A stretch of DNA of 64,000 nt from Promethearchaeota archaeon (GTDB lineage Archaea; Asgardarchaeota; Lokiarchaeia; Sigyniarchaeales; SOKP01), in the NCBI GenBank assembly GCA_030599585.1, contig JAUVNS010000007.1, positions 209,694 through 273,693 on the forward strand, written 5' to 3'. Below the pieces are notes generated by a model. The model was given only the letters and a program-made list of their open reading frames with translations. It was not told the origin of the DNA and did no database searches. Position numbers and translations under genes: made by a program. Below, one piece after another: positions 40,585 through 50,162 of the stretch (the first letter of the stretch is position 1; every line of letters begins with the position of its first letter).

Positions 40585-41355
40585 ATGGAGCTGAATAAAA
40601 CCCCACTTATAATTGCTATCACCGGAAAAGGAGGAGTCGGAAAAACAATTATAACTACGCTTATTGCTAAAGCTATTTCTACATCCTATAAATTTAAATT
40701 ATTGTTGATCGACGCAGATCCAACCCATCCACACCTTAGTAAAATGGTCAAATTAGTTCCGGAGGAAAGTCTCGAAAAGATTAGAGCTGATTTAATCGAT
40801 ACCACAATTAGTAAAAAGAAGGATATTCAATCAATAGCAGAGTCAATAGATTTTAAGGTATATAATGCCATAACGGAAAGTAAAGATTTTAGTTTGTTTT
40901 CAATTGGTCAACCTGAAGAACCAGGCTGTTTTTGCCCTTCCAACGCTCTCTTGCGAAAAGTTATTGAATCTATTTCAAAGGATTTTGATGTCGTATTGAT
41001 TGATTGTGAGGCCGGTCTTGAGCAAATTAATCGGATGGTTATAAAATCAGTAGATTACGTAATAATTATAACCGATATTTCTCTTAGGAGCGTAGAAACG
41101 GCATATTCGATAAGTCAAAGTGCCAAAAAATTTACAAATTACCGAAAAATCAGTGTTATTATCAATAGAGTTAAAGGAGATATTGCTAAAATCACAGATA
41201 AACTTAAAGAGTATGATCTAACTACTATAGCTTCGATTCCTGAGGATGAAATTTTAACAGAATTTGATTTGGAAGGCAAACCAATAATAGACATACCAGA
41301 CAAATCAACAAGCTATCAGGTGATAAAAGATAATATTCATCGGATATTGGAATAA
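40585..41355 (+). CDS. cooC: CooC/AcsF-type nickel-insertion ATPase
   Basis: TGKGGVGKT, IDADP, GCFCP (CxC), IDCEAGLEQ. Confidence 0.85.
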   Translation: MELNKTPLIIAITGKGGVGKTIITTLIAKAISTSYKFKLLLIDADPTHPHLSKMVKLVPEESLEKIRADLIDTTISKKKDIQSIAESIDFKVYNAITESKDFSLFSIGQPEEPGCFCPSNALLRKVIESISKDFDVVLIDCEAGLEQINRMVIKSVDYVIIITDISLRSVETAYSISQSAKKFTNYRKISVIINRVKGDIAKITDKLKEYDLTTIASIPEDEILTEFDLEGKPIIDIPDKSTSYQVIKDNIHRILE

Positions 41356-41382
41356 TGGTAAATTCTTTTCAAATTAGTTCGA

Positions 41383-42426
41383 TTATAAGTTGACAAGGCA
41401 ATATTCTACAAATTTTAATGGTTCTAAAGCACAACCACCTGAATCCAATCCACCGAGTTGTACTAGTAATTCCTTGTCAATTTCATTTCCATGAAGCCAT
41501 AAATCCTTCAAAACCATTAAAGATTCTAAACCTCTTATAACTTTAATAAAATTATTCCCTAGATCTAGGGTTTCTAAATTTTGGAGGGTTTCTAAACCTT
41601 TAATTGACGAAATTATATTGCTAGATAAAAATAGTTTATTTAATTTAGTTAATGGATATAAACCACTAATTTCAGAGATTTTATTATCTTTCAAGTTAAG
41701 AACTTGCAAGTTTTTACATTTTTCAAGCTTTTTGATTTTTTCAATTTGGTTTGCTGTTATCCACAGCGTATTTAATTCAGTAAGGGCTTCTAAACCTTTG
41801 ATTTCTTGTATTTTATTATCATTAAGATACATTTCACTTAAATTTTTTAAGTGATCAAGTCCCTGTATCTCAGAAATTTGATTTCCCGCTAAATTTAGAA
41901 CTTTTAATTTATTTAACTTATCCAATCCTTGGATTTTTGTAAGCTGATTTCCTGCTATCCACAAAACTTCTAAATTCTCCAAACTATCGAAATCTTCGAT
42001 TTTTTCAATCATATTCCAAGATAAATCTAATTTCTGAAGCGAGCTTAAAGAATCTAAACCTTTTAAATGAGTTATTTGATTAGCTCTTAAATAAAGTTCT
42101 TCTAAATTAGATAAATGATCAAGGCCATTAATTTCGGTAATCTGATTAGACGCTAGATGCAGAACTTTTAAATTTGTTAAATCTTCCAACCCAGATATTT
42201 TGACTAAGTTATTACTTCCACAATTAAGAATTTCTAAATTTTTAAGCTCTTCTAAGCCTTGTATTTCGATAATTTCGTTGGAACTCAGCTCTAAATGTTT
42301 GATATCACGTTTATTTAATCCCTTAATGTTAGTAATATTTTCAATTTCAAGCAGACCAAGGTCTAAAAATCCGTCTTTAACTTCGTATTTTTCGCCCTTG
42401 TATTCCACAGTTTCCATATATAGCAC
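41383..42426 (-). CDS. Leucine-rich repeat protein (SDS22-like)
   Basis: About 13 repeats of 22 aa L-x-x-L-x-L-x-x-N-x-I-x-x-I-x-G-L. Confidence 0.92.
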   Translation of the reverse strand: MLYMETVEYKGEKYEVKDGFLDLGLLEIENITNIKGLNKRDIKHLELSSNEIIEIQGLEELKNLEILNCGSNNLVKISGLEDLTNLKVLHLASNQITEINGLDHLSNLEELYLRANQITHLKGLDSLSSLQKLDLSWNMIEKIEDFDSLENLEVLWIAGNQLTKIQGLDKLNKLKVLNLAGNQISEIQGLDHLKNLSEMYLNDNKIQEIKGLEALTELNTLWITANQIEKIKKLEKCKNLQVLNLKDNKISEISGLYPLTKLNKLFLSSNIISSIKGLETLQNLETLDLGNNFIKVIRGLESLMVLKDLWLHGNEIDKELLVQLGGLDSGGCALEPLKFVEYCLVNL

Positions 42427-42607
42427 TTGATATTATAATTCGGTATTAAAATAATATGATATATCTGAGAATTATTATAAATTCTTTAAAATATATAGTT
42501 TTACCTTAAATTCCTAGCTTTTTTAAATATTAGTCAAGGCTATTATCCACCTATATCTTATAAATTGAAGCTTTAAAACGAATTGAGTGCTTTATTAAGT
42601 GATTACA

Positions 42608-42718
42608 ATGATATTTTGTCTTAATTGTAGAACAAAAGCTAGTGGCTCAAAAGAAGGCTACTATTATTGTCACATATGTGAAAAATTTACTAAGTTCTTT
42701 ACACTAAGATTTAAGTGA
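42608..42718 (+). CDS. 36-aa Zn-finger microprotein (below ORF-track cutoff)
   Basis: MIFCLNCRTKASGSKEGYYYCHICEKFTKFFTLRFK*; GTGAT RBS 4 nt upstream; same CxxC-x13-CxxC spacing as 44063. Confidence 0.6.
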   Translation: MIFCLNCRTKASGSKEGYYYCHICEKFTKFFTLRFK

Positions 42719-42828
42719 TAGGGAGCTTGGGTTATACTAAAATGAATTACCCTTTGAAGAATGAAACAAATATAAAAAATTATAGATGTTTGTTGACAAC
42801 CCCCGCTAGGGTTTTATAGGGTAACGAT

Positions 42829-43824
42829 TCAAATTTTTTTAATTAGATTTTTGTAGTCTCCAATATATAAATAGGATTCAATATTTTCGTCCATATTCCT
42901 TATCTCATCAATTTCCAATGAAAACTCTTCAGGAGAAATCTCTTTTCTGTAGATTAATTTTCTCGCTAAATTGTAGTATTTCTCGTAAACTTCTACAGGA
43001 GCAAAATTTTTTAATTTCGAACTAAAAGAATACAGATTCGAGTAAACTTCTTTAAAATCACCTCCTATTAGCCTCCTTTCTCCTAAAGTATTTGAGCTTA
43101 CTTTTAACGATTCCTTGACTCGATTTAAATAAAATTTCAATCGTATCTTCTGGTCATCGATTTCATTAGCTATAATTTTTTTCTTTTTTTGGTACTCTAA
43201 AAAGAATTGTTCATCTTCAAGCTTGTCTGAGATTTGTAGGATTACCTTACATAAGGCAAATTTTTGTAACATATTTTTTTCTTTAAGAAGTGCATTCACT
43301 ATAATTGTTCTCTCGTTTTCTAACTCTTTTCTTTCTTCTCTTAGTTGTTTTGAAATCTTGCCTCTCTGATCCCATATAGATTTTAATAAACCTATCTGCT
43401 TTTCAATTAATACATTAGGATCTAATATTTTTTGATGGGAAAGTATGATGTTATTAATTTCTTTATCAAATTTTTCGAAATCTTCAGATTTGACAGCGTT
43501 AACTAAGAATAACTCTTTATAATTTAAAATGATCCTTTTTAGTTTTAAGCTTAACTTTTGAATTTCTTTTTTATCATCTTCTTCAGCAATTATTACTAAA
43601 TCAATGTTGACCTCTGATATCCTAAATATTGAAGCTATTAAAGTTCCCAATCCAATTGTATTTAATTCCTCTCTACCATTATTTGCCATGCCTGAAATAA
43701 ATGATCTTATTGCAGCTAAAAAAGAACCAAATAGGTCCATGTTAAAATCAATATCTACTTGGACCTCTTTCTCGTAAAGTAATTCTCCTGATTCCATATG
43801 GTAAAGAAATAAAAAGTAAAGCAT
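42829..43824 (-). CDS. Longin-like domain + helical/coiled-coil protein
   Basis: LFLYHMESGELLYEK, LFGSFLAAIRSF, LVIIAEEDD pattern typical of Asgard longin/adaptin-like domains. Confidence 0.65.
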   Translation of the reverse strand: MLYFLFLYHMESGELLYEKEVQVDIDFNMDLFGSFLAAIRSFISGMANNGREELNTIGLGTLIASIFRISEVNIDLVIIAEEDDKKEIQKLSLKLKRIILNYKELFLVNAVKSEDFEKFDKEINNIILSHQKILDPNVLIEKQIGLLKSIWDQRGKISKQLREERKELENERTIIVNALLKEKNMLQKFALCKVILQISDKLEDEQFFLEYQKKKKIIANEIDDQKIRLKFYLNRVKESLKVSSNTLGERRLIGGDFKEVYSNLYSFSSKLKNFAPVEVYEKYYNLARKLIYRKEISPEEFSLEIDEIRNMDENIESYLYIGDYKNLIKKI

Positions 43825-44062
43825 AGGTTTATCCTCGAAAGTTAAGTAATCGTTTTTTTAAAATCTCTTAAAACTAGTCCTCTTTAATGTAAAAAATTCT
43901 TTTCTACTAAAATATAAATTTGGTTAGATAATATGATAATATACTATCTTTTTTTAAATATTAAGAAAACAATAAATGGCTTATCTTTTGTTTAAACAAA
44001 GCTTAACTAATTTCTATTTTATAACAAGAACATTTTATAATTCTATTCCTCATTTGAATAAT

Positions 44063-44215
44063 ATGAATGCTGTCGCTTGCAAAGAATGTGGTTATTCTTT
44101 TGAAGATAAGGAACCTGGAAAATATTATTGCCCTAATTGCTCCAAAGAAATGAAATTCATGAAGATTGAAGCTTTTTGTGGCGCGAAACCAGGAGAACTT
44201 TACGCGAAAGAATAA
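44063..44215 (+). CDS. 50-aa Zn-finger microprotein
   Basis: MNAVACKECGYSFEDKEPGKYYCPNCSKEMKF...; ATG at 44063 preferred to 43976. Confidence 0.65.
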   Translation: MNAVACKECGYSFEDKEPGKYYCPNCSKEMKFMKIEAFCGAKPGELYAKE

Positions 44216-44350
44216 TAAAATAAAAAAAAAAAATAGAGATTTTTAGGTTACTTTTTCCTTTTTTTACGCTCTACTAATACATTTATCTTAATCTTGTGAA
44301 TTGTAAGTTTTAAGATCAAAATTATAAGCATAACTACTTTTTTATACTCT

Positions 44351-45058
44351 ATGACTGAAGCTTTATACATGAACGACTCCTATTTAAAGAAATGGGATGC
44401 AAAAGTTATTTCTGTGAAAGACGATAAATTCATTGTCCTTAATAAAACCGCATTCTATCCTAAAGGAGGTGGCCAACCATGGGACGAGGGGTATATTATC
44501 AAAAATGGTGAGAAATTCAAGGTAGTATATGTAGGCAAATTTTCTGGAGAAATCAGCCACGAAGTAGAGAATCCTGGACTAAAAGAAGGAGACATAGTTT
44601 CGTGCGAAATCGATTGGGAGAGGCGATATACATATATGCGATACCATACTGCTTGTCATCTTCTTTCAAATCTGCTATATCGTAGAACGAACGCTAAAAT
44701 CACGGGCAACCAGATTGAATTGGACAAAGCAAGAATGGATTTCTCTATGGAGGATTATTCACCAGAAAAGTTACAGACCTATGTTGAAGAAGCTAATGAA
44801 ATTATTAATCAAGACCTTCCAATCACTATTGAGACGATGGCTAAAGCCGCAGTTTTAGGCGAACCCGAGCTTGCAAGATTAGCAGTTGGCTTACCCAAAA
44901 ATTTACAAGAATTCCGTATAGTTAAAATTGGAGACATCGATAAACAAGTTGACGGTGGAACCCATGTTAAAAATCTCAAAGAAATTGGCGAAATTCAGAT
45001 GACCAAAACTGTAAATAAGGGAAAGAAAAATAGGAGATTGTATTTCATACTCAAGTAA
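44351..45058 (+). CDS. alaXM: Alanyl-tRNA editing protein AlaX-M
   Basis: TAFYPKGGGQPWDEG, MRYHTACHLL (HxxxH), DGGTHV. Confidence 0.9.
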   Translation: MTEALYMNDSYLKKWDAKVISVKDDKFIVLNKTAFYPKGGGQPWDEGYIIKNGEKFKVVYVGKFSGEISHEVENPGLKEGDIVSCEIDWERRYTYMRYHTACHLLSNLLYRRTNAKITGNQIELDKARMDFSMEDYSPEKLQTYVEEANEIINQDLPITIETMAKAAVLGEPELARLAVGLPKNLQEFRIVKIGDIDKQVDGGTHVKNLKEIGEIQMTKTVNKGKKNRRLYFILK

Positions 45059-45110
45059 TTAACAAGCAAAACAGCTAATCTTTATTATTCTTTTTAAAAC
45101 TCAATTTTTT

Positions 45111-45126
45111 ACAAAAATGTTAAATA
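45111..45126 (+). promoter_or_regulatory. Putative BRE/TATA promoter, copy 1
   Basis: ACAAAAATGTTAAATA, identical to 52257-52272 and 38 nt (start to start) upstream of the conserved TGATCRT leader start in both copies. Confidence 0.6.
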
Positions 45127-45148
45127 CAAACTTATTTTACTTAGTCTT

Positions 45149-45249
45149 TGATCGTCTTCGATCAGTAATCCGATATTAAATAATGTTTTATGAATATTTA
45201 TTTGAAATTTATAAAGCTATTTGTTTGTAAATCTCTTGATCGATGATCA
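45149..45249 (+). promoter_or_regulatory. Putative structured 5' leader, copy 1
   Basis: TGATCGTCTTCGATCAG (45149-45165) can pair with TTGATCGATGATCA (45236-45249); same closing stem in copy 2. Confidence 0.45.
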
Positions 45250-45279
45250 TTTTTAAATCAAAAAAAAGGTAAAAAGAAA

Positions 45280-45807
45280 ATGAATAAAACAAAAAAAATG
45301 AGTATTTTATTTGCAACAATAGGTATCTTGGCGTTCAGTTTAATTCCCGCAGTTAGCGCAGGCGTTCCTGGTCACATGAAGGAGCGCCCGACGTACAATA
45401 ATCTTGCAGCGCCTTGGTTTCCCTGGATTCCAGATGATTTGCCGTTTAGCGCTTCAGAAGACCTCTATTTTAGAATGGGCTGGTACACAAGTCCTGAAGA
45501 AATAGAAGAGGATATTGCTCCTAAACATCCATGGAAAATTAAACTCTTTATTAACGATGAGGAAATCAATTTACAAAGATTTGGTTTTATAGGTGACAAA
45601 GTAAAAGTCTCATTCTGGTATCACGTCTTTGGACCGGGATATTTTGAAGCGGGCGGAGAATACCTTTTAAGATGGGAATTCTGGGTACGACGACCTTACA
45701 TGGGAGATGGCTTAAATCATTGGAGAATTATGGTAGATCATTGGGGATTATATCTTCCTATGGGTGCTGAATGGTGTTTTGAATATTATTTAAATATTGT
45801 TGCATAA
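45280..45807 (+). CDS. Secreted hypothetical protein (signal peptide)
   Basis: MNKTKK + hydrophobic stretch + PAVSA cleavage-like site; aromatic-rich beta mature domain. Confidence 0.75.
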   Translation: MNKTKKMSILFATIGILAFSLIPAVSAGVPGHMKERPTYNNLAAPWFPWIPDDLPFSASEDLYFRMGWYTSPEEIEEDIAPKHPWKIKLFINDEEINLQRFGFIGDKVKVSFWYHVFGPGYFEAGGEYLLRWEFWVRRPYMGDGLNHWRIMVDHWGLYLPMGAEWCFEYYLNIVA

Positions 45808-45852
45808 ATATTTGATACATTAAATTAAACAACAAAATTAATTAAATATAAA

Positions 45853-45934
45853 ATATAGAAAGCGGAGGAAAAAGTTTAGATAAAATGGCTTCTCGAAAGA
45901 CCACACCTAAACCAATTACCCTCCTACTCTATAT
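45853..45934. repeat. Conserved long imperfect hairpin (candidate structured RNA/ssDNA element), copy 1
   Basis: ATATAGA...GGAGG...GTTTAG...TGG(CTTCTCGAAAGA)CCA...CTAAAC...CCTCC...TCTATAT followed by oligo-T; 45885-45924 identical (40/40) to 53170-53209. Confidence 0.75.
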
Positions 45935-46162
45935 ATCTTTTTTTTCTTTTTATAATTTTGTATAAAATTCTATTATTCTCTTAGTAAAAACCTAAAGATA
46001 GCAATTAATCTTAAAACTCAAATCAAAATTATACTGAGAATCGTGGAATTCATGAATTAAATAGTAAATATAGCATTACTTTTTTGTACGTTAAAATATA
46101 ATTAAGACTAAAGATTACATTAATAATTTAATTATAAAGACAATAACGAGCTCTATACAATT

Positions 46163-46561
46163 ATGAAAGATATCTGTAAGGATTGTGGAAAATGCTGTAT
46201 TGAAACAGAGATGCTCTTATCTAGTTATGATATCGATCGTATTAAAAATGATAACCCCAAACATTTAAAAATAGCCAATTTTGCGCGAAAAACCGAAGAA
46301 GGATTTAACCAATTGATAAATGTTAAAGGTTATTGTGTATTCTTTGACAGTGATGTTAAATTGTGTACAATTTATGATGTAAGACCACAAGGGTGTCGTT
46401 TTTATCCATTGATTTATGATTCGGACAAAAAACATTGTATATTTGATGAGGAATGTCCGAAACCCAAATTATTATATCCAGATAAAGAGATCGCTGCAAA
46501 TACATGTAAGGAAATTAAAATCTTTTTAGAAAACCAAATCTTATTTGCTAAATTAGAATGA
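46163..46561 (+). CDS. YkgJ-family (CxxCxxCC) cysteine-cluster protein
   Basis: CKDCGKCC, CVFF...CTIYDVRPQGCRFYP. Confidence 0.85.
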   Translation: MKDICKDCGKCCIETEMLLSSYDIDRIKNDNPKHLKIANFARKTEEGFNQLINVKGYCVFFDSDVKLCTIYDVRPQGCRFYPLIYDSDKKHCIFDEECPKPKLLYPDKEIAANTCKEIKIFLENQILFAKLE

Positions 46562-46582
46562 TTGTCTTGATGGTATCGCGTT

Positions 46583-47371
46583 TTATTCAAGAGAATAGAA
46601 TTCAGTTCTTCTATCCTCAAAGACATTATTATACTTGTTAAGGTTTTTATCTCTCGCTTGTGTAACATCGATTTCAACAAAATCAATATGTGGTTTATCT
46701 ATTGGTGCGGACGAGAGTACTTTCCCATTATAAGAGGTAATTTGGCTACCCCCCGTAAATACAAAATTATCCTTTCCTCTAACTTCGTTTCCTATCCTAT
46801 TAGAAGTTACAGCGAAAACTCGATTTATCAAACAACGAGTTATCATAGCATTTTGGCAATAGGGAAGCACCAAGTTAGCGGGATGAGCTATAATGTCTGC
46901 TCCAAGAAGAGCAAGACTCCGAATAGTCTCAGGAAAAAACCAATCGAAACAAATCATGATTCCTACCTTTGTGTTTTTTACTTCATATATTTCTAAAGGT
47001 TTGTTTCCCGGAGAAAACCACAATTTTTCTTTGTAATAAAGGTGGAGTTTCCGATAAGTACCAAGAACCTCCCTATCAGATACGATCATGGAAGAATTAA
47101 AAATATGATTACCGTCTTTTTCTATGAATCCGCCTACAACCACAGCACCTGTTTTTTCAGCTAACCCCATTAAAAATTTGGCGGTTGCTCCTTCAGTGTT
47201 TTCAGCCATAGATTCTGCTTCTTCCTTAGATACAAATGTGTATCCTGTTGCGAAGAGTTCGGGTAAAACTATCAAATCTGCTTTCGTATTACCAAGCAAA
47301 TTTTCTACTTGTTCGAAGTTTTGAGTTATTTCACCAAAGATTGGAGAAGTTTGAATGTATCCAACTTTCAT
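46583..47371 (-). CDS. Nitrilase-superfamily C-N hydrolase / acyltransferase
   Basis: LPELFATGY (Glu), YRKLHL (Lys), ICFDWFFPE (Cys). Confidence 0.9.
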   Translation of the reverse strand: MKVGYIQTSPIFGEITQNFEQVENLLGNTKADLIVLPELFATGYTFVSKEEAESMAENTEGATAKFLMGLAEKTGAVVVGGFIEKDGNHIFNSSMIVSDREVLGTYRKLHLYYKEKLWFSPGNKPLEIYEVKNTKVGIMICFDWFFPETIRSLALLGADIIAHPANLVLPYCQNAMITRCLINRVFAVTSNRIGNEVRGKDNFVFTGGSQITSYNGKVLSSAPIDKPHIDFVEIDVTQARDKNLNKYNNVFEDRRTEFYSLE

Positions 47372-47373
47372 GT

Positions 47374-48270
47374 TTATTCTTTTTCTTCCGTTTCTTTTTC
47401 CTCTTTATCTTTTCTCCTAAGGGATCTCCGCTTCTTCATTACTCTAGCGACGCGTTGGTCGTCGTATTTCTTTAATAATTCGCCCATGTCTCCAATTGTT
47501 TTAGAAAGTTTTTCAATTGGGATATCTTCAAAAAACCTATTTCTCTTAAACTTTTTTGCCGGACCGCCGTTGTATATCCACCCTTCTTCTAATTCCTGTC
47601 CCACCATCGTAGAAGACCAAGTATTCAAAATACAGTTTTTTCCTATGTGTGTTCCAGGCATAATAATTACGTGCGCTCCAACTCTGACATTTTCTTCGAT
47701 AACTGTTTTTCTAATAATTAAAAAATTCCCTATTATAACCGAAGACTGAACAATAGCACCTTGTCCAATAACTACATTTTTACCGAACTCAATAAACTCT
47801 GTATCTACCCAACCTTCAAAAAGGGAATTAGAAAATTTAGTTTTTACGCCAAACATTTTAAAACATATATTATCTAAGAAGGGAAATGGAAATTTATGGG
47901 TGAGCCAAGTGGGCCATTTCTTTATAGTGTTCCTAAGACTCCAATAGCGGTAATCCTTATCTGAAGAATCTCTAAGAAACACCCCCTCTCTAGGTTTATG
48001 GAAAATGTTAATGATTCCTAACATAATTCTTGTGAAAAAGATGGCGGCAAAAACAGTTGTAATATAGATAACGAACAAATAAAGGGGCAAGAATACGTAA
48101 AAGTGGAGTGGCCGTGGCTCGTACCATAACATCTGCCAGTACCACCAAATTTCAAAAATAGCGGGAAGTAGGCTTATCCAAATCAAAAAAATGTAGGCTA
48201 TCAAGTACTTCTTTTTAGCTAAGACCGTCGCACAAAAAGGACCTACGCGCATAGAATTAGGAACGCTCAT
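47374..48270 (-). CDS. 2-TM left-handed beta-helix acyltransferase-like protein (array member 5)
   Basis: 2 TMs, PREGVF...YRYW, hexapeptide repeats, WIYNGGPAK; ATG at 48270 after GGTGAT. Confidence 0.8.
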   Translation of the reverse strand: MSVPNSMRVGPFCATVLAKKKYLIAYIFLIWISLLPAIFEIWWYWQMLWYEPRPLHFYVFLPLYLFVIYITTVFAAIFFTRIMLGIINIFHKPREGVFLRDSSDKDYRYWSLRNTIKKWPTWLTHKFPFPFLDNICFKMFGVKTKFSNSLFEGWVDTEFIEFGKNVVIGQGAIVQSSVIIGNFLIIRKTVIEENVRVGAHVIIMPGTHIGKNCILNTWSSTMVGQELEEGWIYNGGPAKKFKRNRFFEDIPIEKLSKTIGDMGELLKKYDDQRVARVMKKRRSLRRKDKEEKETEEKE

Positions 48271-48271
48271 T

Positions 48272-49186
48272 TTAATCACCCTCACTCTTTTTTTTAACTA
48301 AATGCTTCTTATCTTCGTCAATATTAACTTCGTGCTCGGTTTCGACTTTTTCTTCTTCGTCAACATCTACTTTATGAATAATATCCCTACGCATTTCGGC
48401 GTATTTGTTAGGCTTTAATTTCCTTGCGGGGATTCCGGTATAGATCCATCCAGCTTCTAATTTTTGATTTAGGGTTGTTACGGATACCGCACCGAGCACC
48501 GTATCTTCACCAAAATGCGTTCCGGGGGCGATAGTACACTGACCTCCTACGAGCGAATAATCATCAAATCTGATCGTTTTAATGATGAGGTAATTACCTA
48601 CTACCATCGAGCTCATAATAGCCGCTCCCTGACCGATGGTTACATTTTTACCAAAAGAAATGAATTCAGCGTCGCACCAGGCATCGTTTAAATGGCTTGA
48701 AAAATCCATCCTTATTCCAAACCAACGGAAAGCTATTACATCAATCCACGGTAGAGGCCAATTTCTTATCAGCCATAGAGTAATCTTCTTTATCTCGGTT
48801 CTAAATCGCCAAAATTCAAAGTCAGGGTTCCCTGAATCAGTGCGGAATATTCCTTCTTTAGGGAGGTGAATAAGGTTAACAAATATAAGAAATAATTTAC
48901 TGAAAAACAAGCAACTAAATATGAAAAGAAACGAAAAGAATAACAATAAAAGGGGTAAAAATAATAATTTGATAATCCAAGGTACTGGACTAACAACGTA
49001 ACCATACCATAGTGTTGCCACAACTAAACCACTAAACCAGAATATTGGGATATACACAACTAAAAATTTCAAAGTTACTTTATTTATTGCTGAACTTGTG
49101 GTAAAGTCTATAACAAATTCTGAGTCATCATCTGTCTCATCATCTTTCTTAACAATATCTTGCTTGTCTTTTTCTTCTTCTGTCAT
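48272..49186 (-). CDS. 2-TM left-handed beta-helix acyltransferase-like protein (array member 4)
   Basis: 2 TMs, PKEGIF...FEFW, hexapeptide repeats, WIYTGIPAR. Confidence 0.8.
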   Translation of the reverse strand: MTEEEKDKQDIVKKDDETDDDSEFVIDFTTSSAINKVTLKFLVVYIPIFWFSGLVVATLWYGYVVSPVPWIIKLLFLPLLLLFFSFLFIFSCLFFSKLFLIFVNLIHLPKEGIFRTDSGNPDFEFWRFRTEIKKITLWLIRNWPLPWIDVIAFRWFGIRMDFSSHLNDAWCDAEFISFGKNVTIGQGAAIMSSMVVGNYLIIKTIRFDDYSLVGGQCTIAPGTHFGEDTVLGAVSVTTLNQKLEAGWIYTGIPARKLKPNKYAEMRRDIIHKVDVDEEEKVETEHEVNIDEDKKHLVKKKSEGD

Positions 49187-49204
49187 TTTATCTCACAAAT
49201 AATT

Positions 49205-50125
49205 TTAATTTGGTTTTTCTTTATTGTTTATTTCATCTTTATTTGAACTTTTGAGTTTAGCGTTTACTTGTCTAACTCTTAATTCCTCAGCTCGTTTTAA
49301 ATCTTCTTCACTAACTTTTAGGTATTCCATTAATTTCTTCTTGAAGATTCGTCTAAAAGGCATCCCATAGTAGAAATTATCTCCTTTGGTTGTATTAAAT
49401 TTTGTTGCTGCGGCCATGGGTAATAGGTAAGTGTTATCCTTTAACACGCACCCAGGAGCAACAACATTAAAACCTCCGAGTGTGACATTATCTTCTGCTG
49501 TTACTTTAAAACAGATGATGTTACCAAAAATACCCTCAACAGTATGAGAAGCTAAAGCCGAATTAATACCAATATAACAATTTTTCCCAACATCAATGTG
49601 TCGATCGTTGCTTACAGATTCTTCGAAAGTTGTGCCTCTGTTAATAACGCAAGCACCTACAAAATTAAAAAACCAGTTTGCCAGCCACGGGAAAATTCCT
49701 TTCACGAAAGCATTCTTTCCATATTTAATCATAAAACTTCTGTAGTGGTAATAATCTGCTGCTTTAGAATCTATATTGCGAGGAATTATTCCATCTTTAG
49801 AAGGGCTTCTTTTCTCTGTAAATCTCCATGCAATTCTTGTAAACACTCCTAAGAGAAATAGGTGTGACAAATGGAAGACAATGAGTATAAATGGAATTGT
49901 TAAAAAAATAATTAAAGAATCAAGTCTTGTAAGGACAATAATAAAACTATCTACTTCTAAAAATAAGGGTTTTATAATTAGGAAAAGGTAAAACATTAGA
50001 GCTATGACTGGCACTAAATAAGAACCAACATAAATAAAAAAGAAGAAGGCAATGTATTTCTGATATTGGAATTGAACAATTTCCCGTTGAAGTTCAGGTC
50101 TAGAATCACTAGTATCTTCAATCAA
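49205..50125 (-). CDS. 2-TM left-handed beta-helix acyltransferase-like protein (array member 3)
   Basis: SPSKDGIIPR, VGKNCYIG, SHTVEG, YYGMPFRR. Confidence 0.8.
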   Translation of the reverse strand: MIEDTSDSRPELQREIVQFQYQKYIAFFFFIYVGSYLVPVIALMFYLFLIIKPLFLEVDSFIIVLTRLDSLIIFLTIPFILIVFHLSHLFLLGVFTRIAWRFTEKRSPSKDGIIPRNIDSKAADYYHYRSFMIKYGKNAFVKGIFPWLANWFFNFVGACVINRGTTFEESVSNDRHIDVGKNCYIGINSALASHTVEGIFGNIICFKVTAEDNVTLGGFNVVAPGCVLKDNTYLLPMAAATKFNTTKGDNFYYGMPFRRIFKKKLMEYLKVSEEDLKRAEELRVRQVNAKLKSSNKDEINNKEKPN

Positions 50126-50162
50126 AATCTACTACATTCCTCACTTTTTTATAATTTCTTTT

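Noticed and set aside
45853-45934. 3' hairpins as SECIS elements
   Set aside because: No AUGA/GA kink-turn core is visible and neither upstream gene has an in-frame TGA.
45885-45965. Micro-ORF MASRKTTPKPITL... within the 40-nt repeat (type I toxin-like)
   Set aside because: The hydrophobic tail comes from the oligo-T terminator, the two copies diverge after 13 codons, and the RBS is poorly spaced; conservation is better explained by structure. Not fully excluded.
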